A DNA stretch of 64,000 nucleotides from Cenarchaeum sp. Its GTDB lineage: Archaea; Thermoproteota; Nitrososphaeria; Nitrososphaerales; Nitrosopumilaceae. Made by a program: the position numbers and the translations under genes. The notes below the pieces were generated by a model, which had not been told where the DNA came from, did no database searches, and saw nothing but the letters and a program-made list of their open reading frames with translations. Below, piece after piece: positions 10,017 to 18,388 of this stretch (position 1 is the stretch's first letter; every line of letters starts with the position of its first letter). The stretch covers positions 704,001 through 768,000 of the forward strand of contig CBDESU010000002.1 in the NCBI GenBank assembly GCA_965242695.1. Direction: 5' to 3'.

Positions 10017-10898
10017 ATGGAGGCATACGACGATTCGCTGGTAGAGCCGATCGAGCTGCGGATGATCCGCCCCTCAAAGTTCCCCGTGCGCTACCCCGAC
10101 GGCAGGGGCTCGCCAGAGCTTGACGGCCTCAAGGCGAGCATACGGCAGCACGGCCTGCTCCAGCCGATCGTGGTGCGCCCCCTCGAGCACGGCTTTGAGA
10201 TCGTCGCCGGCCACAGGAGGTTCGCCGCCTGCAAGTCGCTCAGGTGGCGGTTCCTGCCGTGCAAGATCCGCGAGATCGACGACCGCCAGGCGTTCGAGAT
10301 CCAGCTGTGCGAGAACCTGCAGCGCAAGACGATGGACCCCATCGAGGAGGCCGAGGCGTTCGAGCGGTACGTCGTCGACTTTGGGTGGGGCGGAGTCACC
10401 GACCTGGGCCGGCGCATCGGCCGCAGCGAAGAGTACGTCTCGCACCGCATGCAGCTGCTCAAGCTGCCCGAGGCCGTCAGGGAAAAGGTCACGAGCTCCG
10501 AGCTTGGCGTCAGCCAGGCCATCGAGATTACGGGCGCAGCCCCGTCGATCCGCTCCGAGCTGATCGACACGGTGGCCGGGCCGGGCGTAGCCAGGATGAC
10601 CGTCAAGCAGGTGCGCCTGGCAAAGTCGCGCTTGGCCGAAAGGGCGGCCGATGCGGGGCAGCGCGATGCGCCGACGCCGGCGCAGCGCGAGCGGCGGCAG
10701 GCCAAGATAGTCAAGAGGAGCAGCCTGGCACTCCGGGTGACCCTGTCCAGGATCGACGACCTCATTGAGGATGCGCACAAAGGCGGACCGGACGGGCGCG
10801 CCGAGCTGATCGAGTTCCTGATGGACCTGCGGCGCCGGACGCACACGATGATCGACGACGCCCTGCGATACGGAAAGGAGTGCGGCCGCGGCGGCTGA
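10017..10898 (+). CDS. parB: ParB/Spo0J family protein
   Basis: SIRQHGLLQPIVVRP, IVAGHRRFAA (GxxR), ENLQR, PIEEAEAF, HTH. Confidence 0.88.
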   Translation: MEAYDDSLVEPIELRMIRPSKFPVRYPDGRGSPELDGLKASIRQHGLLQPIVVRPLEHGFEIVAGHRRFAACKSLRWRFLPCKIREIDDRQAFEIQLCENLQRKTMDPIEEAEAFERYVVDFGWGGVTDLGRRIGRSEEYVSHRMQLLKLPEAVREKVTSSELGVSQAIEITGAAPSIRSELIDTVAGPGVARMTVKQVRLAKSRLAERAADAGQRDAPTPAQRERRQAKIVKRSSLALRVTLSRIDDLIEDAHKGGPDGRAELIEFLMDLRRRTHTMIDDALRYGKECGRGG

Positions 10899-10911
10899 GG
10901 ATGCCGCGCCC

Positions 10912-11463
10912 CTACCTGCCGATGAACGGCGGCACCCACTCCTTGAGGAACGCCTTGTACTCGGCCTCCGTGTACGCCAGGGCGTACGGCGAGACGGGCG
11001 TCTGCGGGACAAAGTCGTACACCTCGTACACCTGCAGTATGTCGCCGAACAGGTTGCGGTAGATGTCGTTCTCCTCGTCGGCCATCTCCGAGGACAGGAA
11101 CGACTTGACGGTGATCCAGTCGTACCCGCCCCTCGTGCGCCCCGAGTAGACGACGAACGGGGCGTCGGCGAGGTACTTTTTGAGGCCCTCCAGCCTGCGC
11201 GGCAGCGCCTGCGACGTCCTGAACGTGACGAGGTCGACGCGCACGACCCTCCTGCCGGCGGGCAGCTTCTTGGCGTCGACCGACACCGTGTACCTGATGA
11301 CGCCGTCCTCCTCGAGGGCGCGCCTGCGCGCCTCGATCTCCTCCTCAGGCACGCTGTGCCCGAGGCCCCTGAGGTAGTCCCAAATGTCGGCCGTCCCCTG
11401 CCTGGCATCCTGGCTTAGGGCCGAGATGATCAGCTCGTCTATCCTGTCGGGCGCCATCCGCAC
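10912..11463 (-). CDS. Lrp/AsnC family transcriptional regulator
   Basis: DRIDELIISALSQDAR...RRRALEEDGVIRYTV N-terminal wHTH; TRGGYDWI RAM-like domain; divergent from the DUR3-USP transporter. Confidence 0.8.
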   Translation of the reverse strand: MRMAPDRIDELIISALSQDARQGTADIWDYLRGLGHSVPEEEIEARRRALEEDGVIRYTVSVDAKKLPAGRRVVRVDLVTFRTSQALPRRLEGLKKYLADAPFVVYSGRTRGGYDWITVKSFLSSEMADEENDIYRNLFGDILQVYEVYDFVPQTPVSPYALAYTEAEYKAFLKEWVPPFIGR

Positions 11464-11575
11464 CTGTACGCGGCGCCGCGCTATTTACGTGTTGAAGGGG
11501 GCCGTTCGCGCCGCCGCTCGGGCCGCATGCGGCGGGGCCAGGCAGGGCGGGGCGGTGCGTGCGCGCGCGATCCCC

Positions 11576-11668
11576 GCCGCGCAGAGGTCGAACCTCAAGG
11601 GCCCAAAGGGAACACGCTGGCGCGGCCCACTAACGGCTTTTGGAGACGGACTCCATTTACGTTGCGGC
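11576..11668 (-). ncRNA. Candidate structured ncRNA with T-loop-like hairpin
   Basis: Closing stem (CCCC)GCCGC/GCGGC(GGGG); internal stems UGGAG/CUCCA, GGGCC/GGCCC and GAGG-UUCGA-CCUC; TATA-like GGTAAAAC about 26 nt upstream. Confidence 0.4.
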
Positions 11669-11781
11669 GGGGCCTGGAAGGGCCCGGTTTTACCCGCGCG
11701 CGCACGGGCGCAGGCGCCGCCGCCCCCGATATAGCGGTTGCCGCCCGCCGATCTTTAATACGCCGCCTCGCCACACCGGAC

Positions 11782-14181
11782 ATGGCGACCCCGACGATCC
11801 TGCCCGAGAACGTCGGGTACCTTGCCCTGTTTGCCGTCGGCCTGATAATGGCCGCCGCCGTCACGCTCATGGTCAGGGCCGAGGCGAGGTGGGGCGGCGC
11901 GCGCAAGACGTCCGAGTGGTTCTACACGGCGGGGCGCACGATCAAGACGGGGCTGATAGCCTCGTCGATCGTCTCGGCGTGGACCTGGGCGGCGACCCTC
12001 CTGCAGTCCTCGACGGTCGCCTTCGAGTTCGGCGCGGCCGGCGCGTTCTGGTACGCCGCCGGCGCCTCGATCCAGGTCATACTGTTCTCGATCCTGGCAA
12101 TAGAGCTCAAGCGCAAGGCGCCGATGACCCACACGTTCCCCGAGGTGCTGTACGTCCGGTACGGCCGCCACCCGCACAAGGTGTTCCTGTTCTTTGCGCT
12201 GCTGACGAACACCGTCGTCACGGCCATGCTCGTGCTCGGCGGCGCGGCCGTCGTCAACTCGCTCACCGGCGTCGACATAACGCTTGCCGCGTTCCTGCTG
12301 CCGGCCGGCATCATCCTGTACACGGTGTTCGGGGGGCTAAAGGCGACGTTCTTTGCCGAGTACCTCAACGCGGCGTTCATCTTTGCCGTCGTGCTCGTGT
12401 TCGTCACGGCGATCTACTTTGCAAGCCCCGACATCGGCGGCGTGCCGGGCATGTACGAAAAGCTCACCGAGGCGGCCGCGCTGCGCCCCGTCGAGGGCAA
12501 CGCGCTCGGCAGCTACCTGACCCTTGCGTCGGCCGGCGCCCTCGTGTTCGGCGTGATCAACATCGTCGGCAACTTTGGCACCGTGTTCGTCGACCAGTCG
12601 TACTGGCAGAGGGCGATTGCGGCCAGGCCGCGGTCGGTCGCCGGCGGCTTCCTGGCCGGCGGCCTTGCGTGGTTTGCGATACCGTTCGCGCTTGCGACCA
12701 CGCTCGGCCTTGCCGCCGTCGCCACCGGCATCGAGCTGACCGAGGACGAGGTCGGGCTCGGACTGGTCGCCCCTGCGGCCGCATCTGCCCTGATGGGCGA
12801 CCTCGGGGCGATCCTCATACTCACGATCGTCTTCACCGCCGTGACGGCGGCCGGCTCGTCGCAGCTCGTCAGCGTCTCGTCGCTGCTCACGTACGACGTG
12901 TACCGCACGTACCTGCGGCCGTCGGCGACGGGCCGCCAGCTCATGCGCATATCGCGGTTCGCCATACTGTCGTTTGGAATAGGCATGGGCGCGCTCGCCT
13001 CGTTCCTGTTCCAGCTCGGCGTCGGGCTCCAGTACGTCTACCTCATGATGGGCATACTCATCGGGCCGGCCGTCGCGCCGATCTCGCTCGGCGTGCTCTG
13101 GCGCCGCACCAACCGGCGGGCCGCCACGGCGGCCGCCGTGGCCGGCCTGGCCGCCGGCTTGGCGGCCTGGACCGGAGCCGCGGCGGCCCTGTACGGCGAG
13201 GTTACGATCGAGACAACCGGACGCACGGCGGCCCTGCTCGCCGGCAACGTCGCATCGATAGGGGTGAGCCTGGCCATCACGCTCGCCGGCAGCGCGGCGT
13301 TCCCCGAGAGGTTCGACTTTGGGGTGCTCCGGCAGAAGATACACCTCGTCGACGACCGGGTGCGCTCGGCGATGCGGCGCGACTCGGACGAGGCAAGGCT
13401 CCGCCGCGCATCGTCCGTGTGCAAGAGGGCCGGCATCGGGGTCACGCTGTTCCTGGTGGTCGTCTGGCCGGCCTCGCTGTACCTGTCGGGGCACGTCTTT
13501 ACGCCCGTCTCGTTTGCCGCGTGGATCGCGCTCATGGTCGTGTGGGCGTTCGGCTCGGCGGCAACGGTCGCACTGCTGCCGGTGATCGAGGCCCGCTCGA
13601 GCATAGGCAGCATACTCGCAAGGGCCGGCGCGGCCGCCTCGGCGGCGGCCTCTGGAGCCGCCGCCCGCTCGGCCGACCCGCCGCCCGCGCGCCGGCTGCT
13701 CGTGGCCATTGACGGCTCGCCGCCGTCGCTGCGCGCCCTCGGCGGCGCGCACGGCCTGTTCGGCGCCGACGCAAGGGCGCGCGTCTACATGCTGCACGTG
13801 GTCAGGCCTCCTTCCGATGCGCCGCCGCCGGGCGGCAGCGGAGGCGGCCCGGGGGCAGACCACGAGGCGATGATGCGCGAGGGCCGTCTGGTCCTCAGGA
13901 GCGTGGCGGTGCCGCGGCACGCCGGCGGCGGCAGCGGCGGCAACGACTACCGCCGCATAGTAAAGGTCGGCGACCCGGCCAGGGTCATTGCAGAGACGGC
14001 CGACCGGCTCGGCGTCGACGTTGTCGTGATGGGGCGTAGCGGCCTGGGCAGGCGCAACGGCGCCGCGGCCGGCGCCGATGCCGATGCCGCAGGCGCGGCC
14101 CGCCGCCCGCCCGGCGAGATGGGGAGCGTGGCCATCTCGGTCCTTGCCCTGACCTCAAAGCCGGTCGCGTTTCTCGGCTAG
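11782..14181 (+). CDS. dur3: DUR3-type urea:sodium/proton symporter (SSS family) fused to a C-terminal universal-stress-protein domain
   Basis: SAWTWAATLLQSS, GNFGTVFVDQSYWQRAIA, LLTYDVYRTY; C-terminal LLVAIDGS...VGDPARVI...DVVVMGRSG...GSVA USP signature; TTTAATA box at about 11755. Confidence 0.9.
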   Translation: MATPTILPENVGYLALFAVGLIMAAAVTLMVRAEARWGGARKTSEWFYTAGRTIKTGLIASSIVSAWTWAATLLQSSTVAFEFGAAGAFWYAAGASIQVILFSILAIELKRKAPMTHTFPEVLYVRYGRHPHKVFLFFALLTNTVVTAMLVLGGAAVVNSLTGVDITLAAFLLPAGIILYTVFGGLKATFFAEYLNAAFIFAVVLVFVTAIYFASPDIGGVPGMYEKLTEAAALRPVEGNALGSYLTLASAGALVFGVINIVGNFGTVFVDQSYWQRAIAARPRSVAGGFLAGGLAWFAIPFALATTLGLAAVATGIELTEDEVGLGLVAPAAASALMGDLGAILILTIVFTAVTAAGSSQLVSVSSLLTYDVYRTYLRPSATGRQLMRISRFAILSFGIGMGALASFLFQLGVGLQYVYLMMGILIGPAVAPISLGVLWRRTNRRAATAAAVAGLAAGLAAWTGAAAALYGEVTIETTGRTAALLAGNVASIGVSLAITLAGSAAFPERFDFGVLRQKIHLVDDRVRSAMRRDSDEARLRRASSVCKRAGIGVTLFLVVVWPASLYLSGHVFTPVSFAAWIALMVVWAFGSAATVALLPVIEARSSIGSILARAGAAASAAASGAAARSADPPPARRLLVAIDGSPPSLRALGGAHGLFGADARARVYMLHVVRPPSDAPPPGGSGGGPGADHEAMMREGRLVLRSVAVPRHAGGGSGGNDYRRIVKVGDPARVIAETADRLGVDVVVMGRSGLGRRNGAAAGADADAAGAARRPPGEMGSVAISVLALTSKPVAFLG

Positions 14182-14186
14182 GCCGC

Positions 14187-15050
14187 CTATCCCTTCCTGA
14201 TTCCCGCGAACGGCCTGCCGGCGCATCGGGACCTTGCGGCCGCGACGACGTCGAGCACGGCATTCCTGACGTCGGCGGCGCGCGCCCCGAGCAGCCTGCC
14301 GAGTATGCCGGATCCGTCGCGCATGACGCTGCACCCGCCCGCCACGCCGGCCCGCCCCGACACGGCCGCCCCGACATCGCCGAGCAGCGCCTCGACGTTG
14401 CGGCGCGGCGTCATCACGTATACGGTGCCGACTACGCCGTGCCCTCCCATCGAGCCGGGCGCCGACAAGTCTAGCCTCGACGGCTCGAGCCGCGCCGCAT
14501 CGGCGAACCTGCGCCGCCCGCCGCACCCGAACGCCTCCGTCCCCAGGTCGCATGCATCGTACTTGAACTCCTCGCCCATTGCCGCCCGCCCCGCCGCGAC
14601 GACCTCGGAGCCGACCATGGTCGCCCCGTCGTGCACGTCAAGCCGCACGCGCTGCCTGAACCTGGCCCCCTCGTACGGGATGATCTGGTCGGGGATCATC
14701 TCCAGGTACGCCCCGTCGGCGACCGACACGCGCACGTCCTGGGAGGCAAGGCCGCCGGGATCCATTCCGTACACCCTGGTCGCGCCCTGCGTCGTGACGT
14801 GCGCCATGGACCACGGCCCGGCCGCTATGTCCACCGAGTACCTGTCGCCCTGCAGCATCCCGCCGGCGACCGACGCCACGTACAGGTACGCCATCGGCGA
14901 CCCCGGCCCGTCGCAGTACATGACGCGCTGCGCCGCGAGCGGAACCTTGGCCGAGACCCTCTCGGCCACGGTGCGGCCGCCCGGCCCGCCTGCCGCAAAC
15001 GCCACCTCGAGCCGCCCGGCCCGGCCCGCCGCCTCTCCCCTGCCCGTCAT
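14187..15050 (-). CDS. ureD: Urease accessory protein UreD
   Basis: GGMLQGD, TTQGATRVY, LEMIPDQIIPY, GRAAMGEEF. Confidence 0.9.
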   Translation of the reverse strand: MTGRGEAAGRAGRLEVAFAAGGPGGRTVAERVSAKVPLAAQRVMYCDGPGSPMAYLYVASVAGGMLQGDRYSVDIAAGPWSMAHVTTQGATRVYGMDPGGLASQDVRVSVADGAYLEMIPDQIIPYEGARFRQRVRLDVHDGATMVGSEVVAAGRAAMGEEFKYDACDLGTEAFGCGGRRRFADAARLEPSRLDLSAPGSMGGHGVVGTVYVMTPRRNVEALLGDVGAAVSGRAGVAGGCSVMRDGSGILGRLLGARAADVRNAVLDVVAAARSRCAGRPFAGIRKG

Positions 15051-15745
15051 GCCCCTCCCTCCCCGCCGGCCGCCCTGGGCGGCGCATCGAACAGCAGGTC
15101 GCGCACGATCCGGCCTGCCACGTCGCCGACGCCCTGGTCGGTCGTGCAGTCTACCATGGCAAACGGCCTGCCAGCGCGCACGCGCTCCGCATCGGCGCGC
15201 ATCACGCCGAGGTCGGCGCCGACGTGCGGCGCAAGGTCGATCTTGTTTATGACGAGCAGGTCGCAGTTCTGTATGCCGAGGCCGCCCTTGCGCGGGTACT
15301 TGTCCCCGCCGGCGACATCCACAATGTAGATGAAGTAGTCGGCAAGCAGCGGGCTGAACGTCGTCGTCACGTTGTCCCCGCCGCTCTCGATCAGGATCAG
15401 GTCGAGCTCGGGGTGGTCCCTCTCCATCTCCTCGATCACCGACATGTTGAGCGACGGATCCTCCCGCACCGCCGTGTGCGGGCAGCCGCCCGTGGCGAGC
15501 CCCACGACCAGGTTCTCTGGGAGCAGCCCCTGGTCCGTGGCCAGCCCCGCCCTCATGCGGTCCGCGTCCTCCTTTGATATGACGTCGTTCGATATGATGC
15601 TCATCCTGTACCCGCGAGCGGCAAGGACGGGAACGACCCGCTCGATGAGCATGCTCTTTCCGGCGCCGACGGGTCCGCCTATGCCGACCCTTGGTATGCG
15701 GCGCGGCCCCCCCTCTTCCTCGCGGCCCCCCTCGTTCGCGTCCAT
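15047..15745 (-). CDS. ureG: Urease accessory GTPase UreG
   Basis: GIGGPVGAGKS, TGGCPHTAVRED, IESGGDN, PRKGG, INKIDL. Confidence 0.95.
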   Translation of the reverse strand: MDANEGGREEEGGPRRIPRVGIGGPVGAGKSMLIERVVPVLAARGYRMSIISNDVISKEDADRMRAGLATDQGLLPENLVVGLATGGCPHTAVREDPSLNMSVIEEMERDHPELDLILIESGGDNVTTTFSPLLADYFIYIVDVAGGDKYPRKGGLGIQNCDLLVINKIDLAPHVGADLGVMRADAERVRAGRPFAMVDCTTDQGVGDVAGRIVRDLLFDAPPRAAGGEGGA

Positions 15746-15759
15746 TTTGCACCCTCCCC

Positions 15760-16518
15760 TCACGCGGCGAACATCCTCGCGTCCATCCGCTCGTGGTCCA
15801 TCTGCGCAATCTCGGCGAGCGGGGCGAACTGCCACGCCCCCTCCGCCCCCTCCCCGCTTTCCGCGCGGCCTCCGGCCTCCCGCGCCGCCTCGGCCATCCG
15901 CGGCTTGAGGCCGTGTATGATCTCCTGCCCCTCCATGTGGTGTATGATCCCGAGCCGCAGCGCCGCGCCGACCATCGATGCGGCAAAGCCGTACAGCGCG
16001 ACAAGGGCCGCATGCCCTGGGGTCATCCCGAGCGAGCCGCAGCATGCCCCGAGCGCGACGGGATACGCGCCAGAGGCGGCGCCCGACGAGATGGCCCGAT
16101 GGTACCTGGCTAGGGCATTGCCGTCCCCGCCGAACCCCTTGACGCACCTGGCCAGCTGCGCGCCCGACCTTGCCGCCGCCTCCCTCTGCTCCCTGACCGG
16201 CTTGAGGGCCGAGCACCTTTCGTCCAGCTCGACAAGCCCCGCATCGTCGCCGCCGGCCGCAAGCGAGCACGCACGCGCCGCCATGACGCAGTCGCACGGC
16301 CCGACCTGCTGGTCGATCAAGGTGCGGCACAGCCCTGCTAGCGCGCCGGCCGACGCTATCGACCCGTCAAGAAACATCGACTCGAGGCCGTTGGACGTCG
16401 CAAACAGCCCCGACGGAAACATAGAGTCGGACAGCTGCATCGCGCCGAGCAGCTGCATCTCGGCCCCGCCGGCGGCCGTGCCGCCGCCGTCGTTGCGGCC
16501 GCCGTCATTCGTGGCCAC
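15760..16518 (-). CDS. ureF: Urease accessory protein UreF
   Basis: QLSDSMFPSGLFATSNGLE, AALRL, C-terminal HERMDARMFAA. Confidence 0.92.
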   Translation of the reverse strand: MATNDGGRNDGGGTAAGGAEMQLLGAMQLSDSMFPSGLFATSNGLESMFLDGSIASAGALAGLCRTLIDQQVGPCDCVMAARACSLAAGGDDAGLVELDERCSALKPVREQREAAARSGAQLARCVKGFGGDGNALARYHRAISSGAASGAYPVALGACCGSLGMTPGHAALVALYGFAASMVGAALRLGIIHHMEGQEIIHGLKPRMAEAAREAGGRAESGEGAEGAWQFAPLAEIAQMDHERMDARMFAA

Positions 16519-16999
16519 GCACGTCCGCCCCCCCGTGCGGCCGGAACACCCCTTCGGACACCTCTAGCTCGACGCCTCCCTCGATGCGGCCAAACAGGCT
16601 CCTGAACACGTCCGCCTCCGAGTCGGCCTGCAGGGGAAACGAGATCGACCCGCCATCGGCCGACACCGAGATCGGCCTGTGCCTGTTGCCGACTATGTGG
16701 CCGACAAGGAACGCAACTGCGTTCCCCGCGCCGCCTGCCGGCCTTGCGGTGGCGATCTTTTCGGGCGCCTGCTCTACCAGTATGCGCCCGCCGTCCCCGC
16801 CGCCTGCATCAAGCAGGTCGCCGTCGCGCAGGACGGTGCCGGCCGGCAGCGACACCGCAATGTCCGTTCCCCCCTCGGTCGTCTTTCTGATCCTGCTCTT
16901 TTCAAGCTCGGCCCTTGTCATCCTGACCCGATCGACGACGTTCCCCCCCTCTTCCTCCCCGGCCCCGCCGCGCGCAACGGACTTGACTGCTACCAGCAT
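16505..16999 (-). CDS. ureE: Urease accessory Ni chaperone UreE
   Basis: KSRIRKTTEGG, LRDGDLL, GHIVGNRH. Confidence 0.9.
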   Translation of the reverse strand: MLVAVKSVARGGAGEEEGGNVVDRVRMTRAELEKSRIRKTTEGGTDIAVSLPAGTVLRDGDLLDAGGGDGGRILVEQAPEKIATARPAGGAGNAVAFLVGHIVGNRHRPISVSADGGSISFPLQADSEADVFRSLFGRIEGGVELEVSEGVFRPHGGADVRGHE

Positions 17000-17088
17000 G
17001 CCCCACGCCGCGGCGCCCTACAATATCAAAATTGCGCCCCCCGCAGGGCCGTCCTGCGCCCCACGCCCGCGCGCCTTATTCCTGTCCG

Positions 17089-17961
17089 CTAGAATGCGCC
17101 GGCGGCCACCCCCGACACTATGGCGATCCCGATTGCCACGCTGGCGATGCCAATGCCTGCCCGCATCGCCCTCTTGGCCCTGTCCAGCCTGGCCGCAAAG
17201 GCAAACGGGAGCGACAGCGTCCCGCTCGCCAGCATCATGCCGGCGACCGAGCCGGCCCCAAAGGCGAGGACCATCGCGATCCCCGCCTCCATGCTTCCCA
17301 TGGCGGATGCGCCCAGGGCGATCAGGCCCCCGCTGCCTGCCAGTCCGTGTATGCAGCCGATCAGGTACGACCTGTGCCCATGCCGGTGCGCACTGCCCCC
17401 GTCCCAGCCTCCGTGCGAGTGCGGGTGCGTGTGGACCGTGCCCCCCGCGTGCGAGTGCGGGTGCGTGTGGACCGTGCCCCCCGCGTGCGAGTGCGGGTGC
17501 GGATGCGCCCCGCCTCTTCCCCTTCCCCGCATCCTCCTCCAAAGGCCAAGCATGCTGGTTCCGGTCCACGCCGACACGCCGAGCGCCACGAGCATGACGC
17601 CGACGGCCGCCTCGAGCCCGTCAAAGACGGCGCCCGGAATGCTCAGCGAAAAGGCGAGCACGCCGAGCGCCACGAGCAGTATGGCCGAGGTGTGGCCGGC
17701 GCCCCACAGCGCGCCGAGGAGCGAGCCGCGCGACAGGGCCCTTTTGACGCGTACGGGATCCGCCTCTTCCCCTCGCCGCCCTCCCGTCCTCCCGTGACCC
17801 GATGCGAGCACGGCCGCCACGTGATCGGGATCCAGGGCGTGCGCCAGCCCGACGACCACCCCAGCCGAGAGGAGCGCGGCAGGCGCCGCCGCGGCCGCAA
17901 CAGCGGCAACCCCCTCCCCGCCTCCGGCCCCCATCGCCTGCGCCACAATCTCGCCGAGCAC
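17089..17961 (-). CDS. Nickel/cobalt permease (UreH/NiCoT-like) with His-rich loop
   Basis: GLAHALDPDHVAAV, WGAGHT, GCIHGLAGSG; HPHSH repeats. Confidence 0.85.
   Translation of the reverse strand: MLGEIVAQAMGAGGGEGVAAVAAAAAPAALLSAGVVVGLAHALDPDHVAAVLASGHGRTGGRRGEEADPVRVKRALSRGSLLGALWGAGHTSAILLVALGVLAFSLSIPGAVFDGLEAAVGVMLVALGVSAWTGTSMLGLWRRMRGRGRGGAHPHPHSHAGGTVHTHPHSHAGGTVHTHPHSHGGWDGGSAHRHGHRSYLIGCIHGLAGSGGLIALGASAMGSMEAGIAMVLAFGAGSVAGMMLASGTLSLPFAFAARLDRAKRAMRAGIGIASVAIGIAIVSGVAAGAF
17412..17501 (-). repeat. 36-bp in-frame tandem repeat expanding the His-rich loop (HPHSHAGGTVHT, about 2.5 copies)
   Basis: Identical 36-nt units at 17412 and 17448, partial copy at 17484. Confidence 0.85.
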
Positions 17962-17974
17962 AGCAACCGCCCTC

Positions 17975-18388
17975 CTACTCCTCCCCGCGGCCGCCGCCCT
18001 CCGGCCAGAGGCCCTGCCGCCCGATCTCGATTGGCCTGTCTATCGCCACATGGGCGGCCTTGCCGAGCCCGTCCATCTCGAGCTCAAACCTCATCGAGTA
18101 GAGCATCTCTGGCACGCCGACCATTACGTTGTGCGGCTCGAGCATGCCGCGCGCATCCTCGGCTATCCGCCGCCCGTCCCTGCCGTCCCCGACCGACACG
18201 GCAACGTAGGCTGCGAACATCAGCAGGGCATCGTTGACGTTGAGCCGCATGCCGCGCGCGAGCATGTCCCTGATCCTGCCCGCCGAGGCGGCAAGCACGT
18301 CGTCGTCAAGACCCGCATACTCGAACACCCTGCGAAGCGGGGCTGCGTGCGGCCCGGCCTCGGCGGCCGTGACCGCGATGCGCATCAT
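17975..18388 (-). CDS. Orphan urease gamma-subunit-like protein
   Basis: LARGMRLNVNDAL...GDGRD...ARGMLEPHNVMVGVPEMLYSMRFE aligns by eye with Ure[11 protein letters not shown]...RDGRS...[24 protein letters not shown]; novel N-terminal extension of about 35 aa. Confidence 0.7.
   Translation of the reverse strand: MMRIAVTAAEAGPHAAPLRRVFEYAGLDDDVLAASAGRIRDMLARGMRLNVNDALLMFAAYVAVSVGDGRDGRRIAEDARGMLEPHNVMVGVPEMLYSMRFELEMDGLGKAAHVAIDRPIEIGRQGLWPEGGGRGEE

Noticed and set aside
11576-11668. Canonical tRNA gene
   Set aside because: The T-arm has a 4-bp stem and 5-nt loop, with no proper anticodon arm or 7-bp acceptor in the cloverleaf register; kept only as an ncRNA candidate
14187-16330. 608-aa and 427-aa ORFs as extended UreD and UreG
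   Set aside because: The extensions are Arg/Gly-rich shadows of upstream genes caused by stop-codon scarcity at high GC
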